Source: an uncultured Methanospirillum sp.
GTDB taxonomy: Archaea; Halobacteriota; Methanomicrobia; Methanomicrobiales; Methanospirillaceae
Assembly (NCBI GenBank): GCA_964637135.1
Contig: CAZWTX010000016.1
Location: 1 to 53,496, forward strand
Direction of reading: 5' to 3'
DNA: 53,496 nucleotides
Positions within the stretch are counted from its first letter, which is position 1; every line of letters starts with the position of its first letter. Under the pieces are notes generated by a model. It did not search any database. It had not been told where the DNA came from and worked only from the letters and a program-made list of their open reading frames with translations. A program made the position numbers and the translations under genes. Positions 18,166 through 27,581 of this stretch are shown here, piece by piece.

Positions 18166-19254
18166 TCAGGGTCGGGTGAGGGTTATTTTTCTGACATTTC
18201 CAATCTGTTCGGCAGGGGCAAGGTCGCTCCCGGTCAGTTTCAGGGGAAAATCCGGGTATTTCTGCATCATGAGATTCCCGTTTACCCGGTTTGCAAGGAT
18301 GATCCGATCATTTCTGGCAACCCGGTCTGATACAAGGTCAACCGGGGTACCGTCTGCATTTGAGATAGTAATCGTGTATCCGCTCGTCACCAGGGAGTTG
18401 TTAAATGCTTCAGAAGCGGTCAGATTCCCGGAAGGGGAGAGTTCATCATCGATCAGGCTGATTAGCATCCAGAGCGGGTACCCGCTCCACATCGTATTGT
18501 CAGGATCTGACCAGGTACTCGTAGTAAGACCGGGTATTCCCTGATCATATTCAGTTTCGTTCACAACCACGGCCAGTTCCCCTTTCATAATGAGATTCCA
18601 CCCGTTTACCACCGGATCGCGGACCTCGACACGGACAATCTCTCCAGAAGAGAGCGCTGCTGCAGAAGGGAGAATCCCGGAAGGAGTCTTCTCATATGAC
18701 CAGTATTCTTCCGGGAACAGGCTGGTCATCTCGCCGGTCGAAAGGATATGATCCTGGCTGATGAAGAAGAGCCGGTACGAATCGTTATCAGGGGACATAC
18801 CCGGAAGCGGGGTGATATTCCAGGCGAGAACCGCTGTTCCGATCCCGGGAGGAGTATGATACAGAGCGGCATAGGGGAGGGAAACGAAGGTCCCGTCTTT
18901 GGAAACAAGTCGGATCGATCCCTTCTTCTCCAGTCCGCCGACCTGGTCGGCAATGTCCACGAGGGGTGTTCCCTGAATAATGGCAGATACTGCGGTTTCA
19001 TTCCCGTATACGTATCCGGATTCATTTTCCGGCCCCCCGAATGAGTATACGGTATGATCATCACCATACACCCGGAGATGGGCTTTCATCCATCCGGGCG
19101 ATAATTCCTGCTCCTCCGTCACGGTTTTTCCATCCTGGCTATAACTCACCACGGTGAGATTGTGCTGAACATCAAGGGACACCCCTGTCCCGATTGAACC
19201 TGCTATTACCGGTAAAACCAGGAATAATATGAGAGAACACCGGAATACGTGCAT
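18166..19254 (-). CDS. Secreted hypothetical protein with molybdopterin-oxidoreductase-like binding modules
   Basis: Signal peptide; GTPLVDIADQVGG and WSGYPLWMLISLIDD...IILANRVNG...PLKLTG resemble methanogen oxidoreductase-like surface modules (from recall). Confidence 0.6.
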   Translation of the reverse strand: MHVFRCSLILFLVLPVIAGSIGTGVSLDVQHNLTVVSYSQDGKTVTEEQELSPGWMKAHLRVYGDDHTVYSFGGPENESGYVYGNETAVSAIIQGTPLVDIADQVGGLEKKGSIRLVSKDGTFVSLPYAALYHTPPGIGTAVLAWNITPLPGMSPDNDSYRLFFISQDHILSTGEMTSLFPEEYWSYEKTPSGILPSAAALSSGEIVRVEVRDPVVNGWNLIMKGELAVVVNETEYDQGIPGLTTSTWSDPDNTMWSGYPLWMLISLIDDELSPSGNLTASEAFNNSLVTSGYTITISNADGTPVDLVSDRVARNDRIILANRVNGNLMMQKYPDFPLKLTGSDLAPAEQIGNVRKITLTRP

Positions 19255-19299
19255 GATATCAGACCTTGCAGACGGGAAAAGGTATGACCGGGGAGCATA

Positions 19300-19622
19300 T
19301 CAGGTATCCCCTGCCCCGGCAGGTTCCTGACCCTGCAGATACTCATGTCCGGATGGGAAAATGATTTCTGATAAAGATGGATGGGCAAAAACAGCCTGGT
19401 GGGTTGCATCATTGGAATATTTCATACCTGTGTTCTTTCTGTCCAATAGCCGTCGTTCCACTTCCGCCTCATCCAGACTTCGGGGATACAGCTGCATGGA
19501 AACAGAGGTCATTCCCCACTCCCGTACAATGGGATCTATCTGAAATCCGGCCGGACGACGGGAAAAACCGCAGGTATTTTCACAAGATTTTGTACATCCC
19601 CGGGAGCGGAAACCGGCGGACC
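19300..19622 (-). pseudogene. speE: Decayed C-terminal remnant of spermidine synthase (polyamine aminopropyltransferase)
   Basis: GPPVSAP...VFPVVRPDFR*IPLYG, then a frameshift to EWGMTSVS...PRSLDEAEVERRL....MKYSNDATHQAVFAHP. This matches the SpeE C-terminal pattern, with an internal TAG at 19536-19538. Confidence 0.7.
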
Positions 19623-19730
19623 GGTTGCGGTGATTATGCAAAATGATAGTGCCGTATGACCAATGTAACCGGGATTGTCCTCCCGGAACCGGCGTGGTAT
19701 CGTGACATCCGGGAGGAACTGGGAAAAAAA

Positions 19731-20615
19731 TTAATATCCGCGGATCTCTTCCTGAACCTGTCGCAGGTTTTCAATCCGCTTCTCAAGGGAGGGGTGGGTG
19801 GAGAAGAGGCTCGCAAGGGTTTTTCCAGATATTGCCGGGAAGATATAGAATGCATTCGCTCCTTCGGCTGCCACTTTGGCTTCCGTAGGGACATATTCCA
19901 TCTTTCCGCTGATCTTGGTGAGGGCCGAGATCAGGGCATCCGGATCACGGGTGATATAGGCACTGCCCCGGTCGGCTGCATATTCACGGTACCGGGAGAG
20001 GGCCATCATGAGGAGGGTAGCCACCACCCAGACAACCGCTGCAACGATCCCTGCGATGATCCAGGCACCTCCTTCCCGGCGATCAAAGATAGATGCAAAG
20101 AGAAAATTGTTCATGATCATCGATGCGATCATCGCCACAAAGGAAGCAATCGTCATCGTGAGAATATCCCGGTTCTTGATATGGGACAATTCGTGCGCAA
20201 GAACCGCTTCAAGTTCCCGGGTACTGAGTGTCCGCATGATGGAATCCGTGACTGCCACCACGGCATGGTTCGGACTTCGTCCGGTTGCAAATGCGTTCGG
20301 CATCGGTGACTGCATCCTCGCGATCCGCGGCTTTGGAAGGCCGGCCTCGCGGCAGAGTTTCTCTATCATGGCATGCAGTTCAGGAGCCTCGTCCTCTTCG
20401 ACGATCTGGGATCCGGTGCTCATCAGGACCAGTTTATCAGAGAAGAAGTACTGGAAGAGACCCATACCTGCCGATATCAGGACGATGAGCCAGATGTTCA
20501 GCCCGAGAGCGAGAAGAACCCCGATGAATATGAGATATACCAGGAGCAGGAGTGCCCAGGTGATGAAAACCCTCAGTGAGAGACCCCAGTCACGTTTCCA
20601 TATCATAGGGATCAT
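19731..20615 (-). CDS. htpX: Zinc metalloprotease HtpX (M48)
   Basis: PNAFATGR, AHELSH (HExxH), SRYREYAAD and FSTHP motifs. Confidence 0.95.
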   Translation of the reverse strand: MIPMIWKRDWGLSLRVFITWALLLLVYLIFIGVLLALGLNIWLIVLISAGMGLFQYFFSDKLVLMSTGSQIVEEDEAPELHAMIEKLCREAGLPKPRIARMQSPMPNAFATGRSPNHAVVAVTDSIMRTLSTRELEAVLAHELSHIKNRDILTMTIASFVAMIASMIMNNFLFASIFDRREGGAWIIAGIVAAVVWVVATLLMMALSRYREYAADRGSAYITRDPDALISALTKISGKMEYVPTEAKVAAEGANAFYIFPAISGKTLASLFSTHPSLEKRIENLRQVQEEIRGY

Positions 20616-20783
20616 GTTCTCCGTGTGTGCCCATAAAAATATTCCTTCTTTGGAGTACTTCTCCCTTTCCGATATATTCGGTTAAAACCGAATTCAACCA
20701 AATTTTCGGGAAATTTCAATACATGATCGGAATACGTCCCTAACCTGAGGTTACTGAAATCGGCAGGGAGGGGATCTGAATGA

Positions 20784-22037
20784 TCAGATCGTCAGGTACA
20801 GGATAGCAACCCCGATGTACCCCAGGCTTCCGAGACCGATCAGGATGTACCAGAGAGGAGAACCCCTGGCATATGCAGGAAGACGCCTGTCCAGCCAGAT
20901 GAGCATGATTCCAACCACTCCAAAGAAGAATATAGAGAAAACAAGGGTCTGTGCATAGATCATGGCATCACCGAACAATAATGAAAGAGAGAGGATCAGG
21001 ATAAAGAAAACCACGATTATCCGGTATGTTCTCCCTTCGCTCCAGCGAACCGGTGTTGCCTGGTGAATAATAGATGCCACTGCGCGGGAACGTCCGTCAA
21101 CGCCTCCGATAAGGTATCCGAGCAACGCGGCTATCCCGGTCCCGAGGAAGATCTCACGGCCGTACGGGATGCCATTCAGTGTATGAGCGATTATCTCCAC
21201 CATCAGGTCAGATTCAAACCCGGCCAGGCCATGTTCATACATCACCACCGCACCGATAGCAACATACAACACTGAAGCTGCAGCCAGAATTGCAAACCCG
21301 AGGATCATATCGAAGAGAACTGCCCGCATATTATTCCGGTAGAATTCTTTCCCGCGACGACCCCCTATCTGGGCACGTAACCAGGATGAATAACAGAGCA
21401 GTGAGAGTCCGGTTCCCAGCGACCAGAAGAGAATGCCTGAGAAGTAAATGACGTCATTGTTGATCACGCCAGGGGTGATCCCCCCGATGAGATCCTCTCC
21501 ACTGAACGGAAGGGATCCGATGGTAAAAATGATTCCGAGGCAGAGAATGGCACATGTACACAGGAGGATCTTCTTCACGAGCGGGTAGGAGTTCTGGAAA
21601 AGAATGAGTCCGATAAGGAGGAAGCACCCAAAAGCCATCAACAGGGGAGGGACAGAGATGTTGAAGAACCCCTGGATGAGATAGGCGAGCGCCATGGCCC
21701 CGGCCCCATGGTTGAAGATCTCGAGAATATAGATGATACAGATAAACCAGAGATCCCAGTGTGCCGGACCGGGAATCTGGTTCAGTCCATAGAAGATGTC
21801 ATGGCCGGTCGCAACCGTATACCTGGCGATACCGCTCGTAAACATGAGCTTGAAGATGATCACCAGGGCAATGACCCAGAGCAGGCTGTATCCCATGTCT
21901 GCCCCGATCCCGAGGAGTGCCATCAGCCCTACCCAGCCGCTTGAAGATGCCGCGAGGATAATACCGGGACCCGTGAACCGGAACAGACCGGAAAACCTCC
22001 CGCTCTCAGTTCCTTCTGCAGGTGGTGGTCCGGGCAT
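20784..22037 (-). CDS. Nramp-like divalent metal/solute transporter
   Basis: GPGIILAA...GADMGYSLLW...RYTVATG N-terminal pattern and about 11 TM segments; the canonical DPGN motif is absent. Confidence 0.7.
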   Translation of the reverse strand: MPGPPPAEGTESGRFSGLFRFTGPGIILAASSSGWVGLMALLGIGADMGYSLLWVIALVIIFKLMFTSGIARYTVATGHDIFYGLNQIPGPAHWDLWFICIIYILEIFNHGAGAMALAYLIQGFFNISVPPLLMAFGCFLLIGLILFQNSYPLVKKILLCTCAILCLGIIFTIGSLPFSGEDLIGGITPGVINNDVIYFSGILFWSLGTGLSLLCYSSWLRAQIGGRRGKEFYRNNMRAVLFDMILGFAILAAASVLYVAIGAVVMYEHGLAGFESDLMVEIIAHTLNGIPYGREIFLGTGIAALLGYLIGGVDGRSRAVASIIHQATPVRWSEGRTYRIIVVFFILILSLSLLFGDAMIYAQTLVFSIFFFGVVGIMLIWLDRRLPAYARGSPLWYILIGLGSLGYIGVAILYLTI

Positions 22038-22095
22038 TTCAGTACCGGTATGATATCCCGGTATTTTTTTCCGTCGGAAGAATGCACCATCAAGG

Positions 22096-23076
22096 GTGCA
22101 ACACCGGTATCTGCACCCGGGAGTGGTCTTCCTTATTCTCCTGTCAGTCTCCCTTTCTGCTACAGCAAACGAGGGACCGCTGATACAAAACGAAACCCAT
22201 GTCCAGGATTATCCCTCGGCAGACGGGGATATCGTTGTCTGGGAAGAGCGTGATGATACCCGTGACTCATCAATTATCGCAATGAATCTGAAAACCGGCG
22301 AGGTTTTTCCGGTTTGTAGTGCACCGGGACTTCAGTACTCGCCGGATATTTCCGGCAGCACGGTGGTATGGCAGGATAAACGGTATGGAAACTGGGACAT
22401 ATTCGGGTACAATATCACCACCGGGGAGGAGTTTCCGGTATGCACTGATCCCGAAAGGCAGACGCGGCCACGTGTTTCGGGGAAGTATGTCGTCTGGACC
22501 GACGAGCGGGATGGTGAACCGGATATCCGGGGATATGACCGTGAAGAGAAACGGGAGGTCGAAATCTGTGTCAGGGACGAAATTCAATGGCATCCCGATA
22601 TCGCCGGTGATATTGTTATCTGGGAGGACTGGCGGGCAGGGGTGATCAACTGCGGTGATATCTGGGGATATAATCTCTCATCCAAAACTGAATTTCTGAT
22701 CCGGGTCAACTACCATTCAGACTGGGCACCGGTCATCGATAACAAAACGGTTGTCTGGCAGACGTTTAATCCCCCCTTCCAATTTGATATTGCTATGGCC
22801 AGCCTCACGAACGGAACCGAAGAGATAGTGTACTCAGCACCCGGACGCCAGTGGGCATCCTCGATAACCAATGATACTGTTATCTGGATCGATGAAGAAG
22901 AGCCGGGCAGAAACATCAGGGTAATGAACCTCACCACTGGTCAGAACTCCTCACTGACTGCCGATACTGCATTCAGAACCTGGCCGGTCATCACCGGGGA
23001 CAAGGCATTATGGGTTGATTTCAGGGATCGGAAGAGTATGATCTGGCAGAAACCGATTGTCCCCGCAGGTTCCTGA
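22096..23076 (+). CDS. Secreted beta-propeller repeat protein (methanogen TolB-like repeats)
   Basis: Signal peptide and repeated Q..P.I.G..VVW.D.R.G..DI.GY units. Confidence 0.85.
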   Translation: MQHRYLHPGVVFLILLSVSLSATANEGPLIQNETHVQDYPSADGDIVVWEERDDTRDSSIIAMNLKTGEVFPVCSAPGLQYSPDISGSTVVWQDKRYGNWDIFGYNITTGEEFPVCTDPERQTRPRVSGKYVVWTDERDGEPDIRGYDREEKREVEICVRDEIQWHPDIAGDIVIWEDWRAGVINCGDIWGYNLSSKTEFLIRVNYHSDWAPVIDNKTVVWQTFNPPFQFDIAMASLTNGTEEIVYSAPGRQWASSITNDTVIWIDEEEPGRNIRVMNLTTGQNSSLTADTAFRTWPVITGDKALWVDFRDRKSMIWQKPIVPAGS

Positions 23077-23106
23077 CCCGGGCTTCAGGCAGAGAGTCTG
23101 GGAACA

Positions 23107-23113
23107 TTTAATA
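23107..23113 (+). promoter_or_regulatory. Putative TATA box for the small ORF at 23136
   Basis: TTTAATA about 25 nt upstream of the ATG, consistent with a leaderless transcript. Confidence 0.5.
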
Positions 23114-23135
23114 CCCCGCTGCTGACACGTCACAT

Positions 23136-23288
23136 ATGGATCCTCGGTACAAACCATATGTCATTCTCGCAATATTCGTGGTTGTTCTCATTGCTGCCTC
23201 ATATATCTCATACCAGATGGGATTTTCGGCAGGCGCCCTTGATGCCCTTTCCACACCGCTGAACCGGCCGGCACCTCACGCGTTATGA
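23136..23288 (+). CDS. Small single-pass membrane protein (50 aa), missing from the ORF track
   Basis: MDPRYKPYVILAIFVVVLIAASYISYQMGFSAGALDALSTPLNRPAPHAL*. It has an upstream TATA box, a downstream T-tract (23296-23309), and fills the intergenic gap. Confidence 0.65.
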   Translation: MDPRYKPYVILAIFVVVLIAASYISYQMGFSAGALDALSTPLNRPAPHAL

Positions 23289-23324
23289 ATGCCGGTTTCT
23301 TCTTTTTTTGATTCAATTGGCAAA

Positions 23325-24020
23325 TTACGGTGAATTATTCCTGACACAGGCTTTTTGATCTTCGATCAGCCCGTCATTCAGGTAGAGGATCCGACACATG
23401 AACTCCTCATGCCATTCCTCGTGGGTGACCATGATGATGGTCAGTGCGAGTTCTTCGTTTAACTTTTTAAAAAGGTTCAGAATCGTTCGTGAAGTGACTG
23501 AGTCAAGATTTGCACAGGGTTCATCTGCAAAGAGGATGGCAGGCTGATTGACGAGAGACCGGGCAATTGCAACCCGTTGCTGTTCTCCCCCGGAGAGTTC
23601 GTGCTGGTGATGCGATACCCGGTGGGAGAGCCCGACCTGTCCGAGAATTTCCCGGCTTCGCCGGAGACATTCATCGGCTGATAACCCGAGCATCATCGCC
23701 GGGAGGAGCACGTTCTCCTGAACGGAGAGTTCAGGAACAAGGGCATAATCCTGGAAGACATAGCCGAGGTTTCGAAGCCTGAATCCGGTCCGCTCTTCCT
23801 CACTGAGGGAGAGAACATCTGTTCCGTGTATCCTGAGTATCCCGGCGGTCGGGTGATCAAGCAGGCCGAGGATATGAAGAAGGGTCGATTTCCCGCTTCC
23901 GCTTGCACCCATGATCCCGACGAATTCTCCCTGGGAGATGGTGCAGGTAATCCCCCTGAGCGCGTGAACCTCTACGAGCCCCATCTGATACACCCGGGTG
24001 ATATCGGAGACCTCTATCAT
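23325..24020 (-). CDS. ABC transporter ATP-binding protein (LolD/MacB type)
   Basis: GASGSGKST, LSGGEQQRVAIARSL, ADEP and VTHE motifs. Confidence 0.95.
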   Translation of the reverse strand: MIEVSDITRVYQMGLVEVHALRGITCTISQGEFVGIMGASGSGKSTLLHILGLLDHPTAGILRIHGTDVLSLSEEERTGFRLRNLGYVFQDYALVPELSVQENVLLPAMMLGLSADECLRRSREILGQVGLSHRVSHHQHELSGGEQQRVAIARSLVNQPAILFADEPCANLDSVTSRTILNLFKKLNEELALTIIMVTHEEWHEEFMCRILYLNDGLIEDQKACVRNNSP

Positions 24021-24021
24021 G

Positions 24022-25227
24022 CTATCCCCTGATTGCGTCGAGAATTGGTTCATTTGCCGTTTTATACGAGGGAACAAATCCGGATATCACCGAAACCACC
24101 ATAAGACTGACAACGGACCGGATGATAGGCCAGGGTTCCACAACCGGGTAGACCGGTCCGCCCGGGAATACAAGGGGCGAATAGGTAAGATATGTCACGA
24201 TAACCGAACTCAATGCAAGACCAAGGACCGATCCACACGCTGCAATCAGGAGTACCTGGAAGATGTACGAGTAGATGATGACCCGTTTGTCTATCCCGAT
24301 CGCCTTGAGAATACCAATCTGGCGCCTTTTATTCACCGTGTTGATGAATATCACGATAAATATCACCACGATTGCGATTACCAGGCTCACGGCTGTGGAT
24401 ATTCCGTTAATAATCTCAAAACTCCGGATCGCATCACTGACGAATCCCTGGGCTTTCTCCTGGTAGGTTCTGATCTTTTCCTGGACTCCAAAGGACATCA
24501 GCCGGTATTTGTACTCCTCTTCCCTGCCATTCTCCCTCATGCGTATCAGTATAGAGGTTGCCTGGTCAGCACTGCCGCTTATTCGTTCCATCTCATGGAG
24601 TGTGATGAATGCACTCCGGTCGGCTGAATATGAGCCGGTCTCAACAATTCCTTTCACCTGCAGGTTCTTTGATACCCCGTTTGTGAACCTCGCTTCCACG
24701 ATATCACCGACCAGCACCCCGCCAAGGGATTCAACCTTATCCTTCCTGGAATCCATATACCCTGCAAGTTGTATCCCGAGCAGGATGAGATCCTCATCGC
24801 CTTCTGACAGGTATTCTCCATCACCGACCCGTTCATGGATCTTCGTCACCTCAGGATCTTTTTTTGGACTGAAGGCAATGATGCTCCCAGATATCTCTTT
24901 TCCCCGGTACGAGAACGTTGCTCCTTGCGATATCCGTGGAGATATCCCCCGTATTTCAGGTATCTGATCCAGCTGACGGACGAGCGAACTCACCCCGGTG
25001 ATCAGGGATTCACCCTCCCTTGGTTCAATCACGAGGTTCCCATACGTGTAATCAATCGACTGGGCATTGAAATTCATAATGACACCAGAGATGATTGAGG
25101 GAAGAAAGACGAGATTGACGAAGACCAGCCCGATGATGGCAATTGTCAGCAGAAATGTGAACCGGTTCCCTTTCTGGACTGAACGGGTCGCAAGGAAGAG
25201 AGCCACGCGGTACTGTTGCACATTCAT
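24022..25227 (-). CDS. ABC transporter permease (FtsX/MacB type)
   Basis: N-terminal TM, large external domain, RRQIGILKAIG and three C-terminal TMs. Confidence 0.92.
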   Translation of the reverse strand: MNVQQYRVALFLATRSVQKGNRFTFLLTIAIIGLVFVNLVFLPSIISGVIMNFNAQSIDYTYGNLVIEPREGESLITGVSSLVRQLDQIPEIRGISPRISQGATFSYRGKEISGSIIAFSPKKDPEVTKIHERVGDGEYLSEGDEDLILLGIQLAGYMDSRKDKVESLGGVLVGDIVEARFTNGVSKNLQVKGIVETGSYSADRSAFITLHEMERISGSADQATSILIRMRENGREEEYKYRLMSFGVQEKIRTYQEKAQGFVSDAIRSFEIINGISTAVSLVIAIVVIFIVIFINTVNKRRQIGILKAIGIDKRVIIYSYIFQVLLIAACGSVLGLALSSVIVTYLTYSPLVFPGGPVYPVVEPWPIIRSVVSLMVVSVISGFVPSYKTANEPILDAIRG

Positions 25228-25230
25228 GAA

Positions 25231-26448
25231 TCAGGAAGAATGTCTCCGTTTCACCAGGTATACACCGAGACCTGCGGCAATGATAAGAATCATCAGGACC
25301 ATAATCCAGGATCCGTTCCCATCCCCAACCGTTACCATGAGCGGAACCGTGACCGAATGGGTACCATATTCATCCTGGTAGGTGATCACCGTCTCAAAGG
25401 GGATATCACCCTCTCCTGCAGCCTTCAGGGAGAAAACGGCGGGTGCATCGGTATGGGGTTCAATGGTCCCGATGAACGCATCCTTCATTCCTTCGAACGG
25501 GATATCCAGGGTGACACGGACAGACTTCGCATCGTCAGTTCCGGTATTCTCAACACGAAACAGGAAGGTGACCTGATCTCCTGCCGGGATCAACACCGGC
25601 TCTGTCTGGAACTTTGCAATGCCTACTTCGCCTTTCCCCCTGACCAGCACACCAATATGTGCCACATCATTCACCGGGGAACCATCTGCAGAGAGATACC
25701 GGATCCGTACCGGAATCTGCCGGATCCCGATCGGGATATCCCGGTCGGTCATGAACGAGAGGGTGACCTGCTTATGATCGTCCATACTGATATCACCAAG
25801 GAATATCCTCTCCGGTGTCAGCGAAGAGAATGATCGGTTTGGTGTCTCAACCTGGATGGTGACCTCGTGTGCCCGGGTTCGTCCTTCATTTTTAAGATTG
25901 AGGGATATATTGAATGACTCACCCGGTGCGATATGAACCGGGATATCCCGCGTTACGGTAAGGGAAGGACTTTTTGCCAATTTGTATGCGGTATTTACGT
26001 TCACCGGGAGAGGATACTTGACACTCCCGGAATCGCGGATTCTGATCCAGATCTCAGGGAAATAGATCCCTTCTGCCGGAGGAGCCCGGATCAGGAAGGT
26101 GAGCGGGATCGACTGGCCTGGCCCGATATCCCCGACATCTTCATACCACCCGGAAAGAACCTCAAAATCCTTGGTCTTCATGCTCACTGATTCGATGAAC
26201 GCATTTACGGGAACCGTGAGTGAGCGTGTCTCTCCGCCAGGTTCATCACCGGATGACGCTGACCGGGTCATCGTCGCCTGTTGTGCCGTGTTGGTTACGG
26301 TTACCGTTACCGATCCGATATCACCGGGCATCAGGACGTCAGGTGTTATCTCGTACCCGGTTATCATCACTGACGGTTGATCACACAGTCCGGTGGGTAT
26401 GGCAGATATTAGCAGAAAAATCAGCAGAACTCCTGGATTTATACGCAC
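25231..26448 (-). CDS. COG1361-type S-layer/Ig-like domain protein
   Basis: Signal peptide, repeated Ig-like units (VTNT, LKNEG, VENTG) and a C-terminal TM; typical partner of this ABC pair. Confidence 0.8.
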   Translation of the reverse strand: MRINPGVLLIFLLISAIPTGLCDQPSVMITGYEITPDVLMPGDIGSVTVTVTNTAQQATMTRSASSGDEPGGETRSLTVPVNAFIESVSMKTKDFEVLSGWYEDVGDIGPGQSIPLTFLIRAPPAEGIYFPEIWIRIRDSGSVKYPLPVNVNTAYKLAKSPSLTVTRDIPVHIAPGESFNISLNLKNEGRTRAHEVTIQVETPNRSFSSLTPERIFLGDISMDDHKQVTLSFMTDRDIPIGIRQIPVRIRYLSADGSPVNDVAHIGVLVRGKGEVGIAKFQTEPVLIPAGDQVTFLFRVENTGTDDAKSVRVTLDIPFEGMKDAFIGTIEPHTDAPAVFSLKAAGEGDIPFETVITYQDEYGTHSVTVPLMVTVGDGNGSWIMVLMILIIAAGLGVYLVKRRHSS

Positions 26449-26679
26449 AACAGGCCTCCTTGGGGATATGGTCCGTCAGTATAGGAGATCAGTCTCCTTG
26501 CATAAAACCACTTGCCCACCCGGGAAAACGAGTTCCCGGTGAATAACCTCTGGATGACAGTCTGATCTTCAGAATGGTTTTTTTCAGGATTCAGGGTCTG
26601 ATACAACTGGAAAAAGAGGGTACGTGAATTCGCTGATCACCATAAATCCAGATGCCGGTGATCGTCATCAGATTGCGTA

Positions 26680-27423
26680 TTATTTGAAAATATCCGAATT
26701 ATTCTGTTCAGGTACGAAACCTGGTTGAAGTTTTGGGAATATAATGGGAATGACTGAAGAGAAGGTCTGTATCGTTACATCGGCAGTGATACCCGAGGTA
26801 TACTCTGATGGTATCCGATCCCCGTATCGTGCATGGATGGCAAAAATCCCGGTCTTTCGTGCTGGTTCTATGTCATTGATCAGGTTATCCCCGATCATAC
26901 ATACGTCCCCGGGGGGAAGGGAGAGTGCCCTTGCAGCATGCCTGAATATTGCCGGATCTGGTTTCGCATAACCGCACCGGTCAGGAGTAATGAGACTTGC
27001 GAGGAGATCGCCGGCACCAATGCAGGATACCCGCTCGATTGCACGCCGGTATGATGCATTTGTTACAGCGATGACCGGAATTCCTGCCCGGGAGATCAGT
27101 GCAAGGCTTTCGATAACCCCCGGGTATGGAATAAGGGACCGGTGTTTTATCTCCTCGTAGACAGAAAAAACAGCATCGATAACCTCCTCATCATCAATCC
27201 CGTGCCGGCCGAGCACTTCTGTAAATGATGCCCGTTCTTCAGGTCCATGTGCTGCAAAAAACAGATCTGATATCATCTCATGGAGGTCATCACGGTTGAG
27301 GTATGCTGCCGCTGCCTGGCAACCGGCCTCCTGTGCCGAGGCGAAATCATACAGGGTATTATCAAGGTCCACGAGGACTCCGCGGAAGCGGGCCGGAAAA
27401 GCAGAAGATGAGGGAGTATTCAC
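26680..27423 (-). CDS. HAD-superfamily hydrolase (IA)
   Basis: DLDNTL, VTNA, KPDP and GDNLINDI motifs. Confidence 0.9.
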   Translation of the reverse strand: MNTPSSSAFPARFRGVLVDLDNTLYDFASAQEAGCQAAAAYLNRDDLHEMISDLFFAAHGPEERASFTEVLGRHGIDDEEVIDAVFSVYEEIKHRSLIPYPGVIESLALISRAGIPVIAVTNASYRRAIERVSCIGAGDLLASLITPDRCGYAKPDPAIFRHAARALSLPPGDVCMIGDNLINDIEPARKTGIFAIHARYGDRIPSEYTSGITADVTIQTFSSVIPIIFPKLQPGFVPEQNNSDIFK

Positions 27424-27581
27424 CAGTATCAGTTATACTCAGTGCCTGCCCGGCACATATACCCTGCCAGTCATGAAGGGAAAGATACACACTGGGACAG
27501 CATCATAGAGGATTGAGGGTGATTATCCTGGATATTAATCCCGGATGATGATAGTACCGTGGAGAGATTGGGGATACACAG

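Noticed and set aside
19536..19538. In-frame TAG as a pyrrolysine codon in the speE-like segment
   Set aside because: It is accompanied by a frameshift and 5' truncation, which fits decay, and no pyl genes are in the window.
26520..26539. CCGGGAA/TTCCCGG hairpin upstream of the ABC exporter operon
   Set aside because: CCGG-rich words are very frequent in this sequence, so a 7-bp stem is unremarkable without conservation data.
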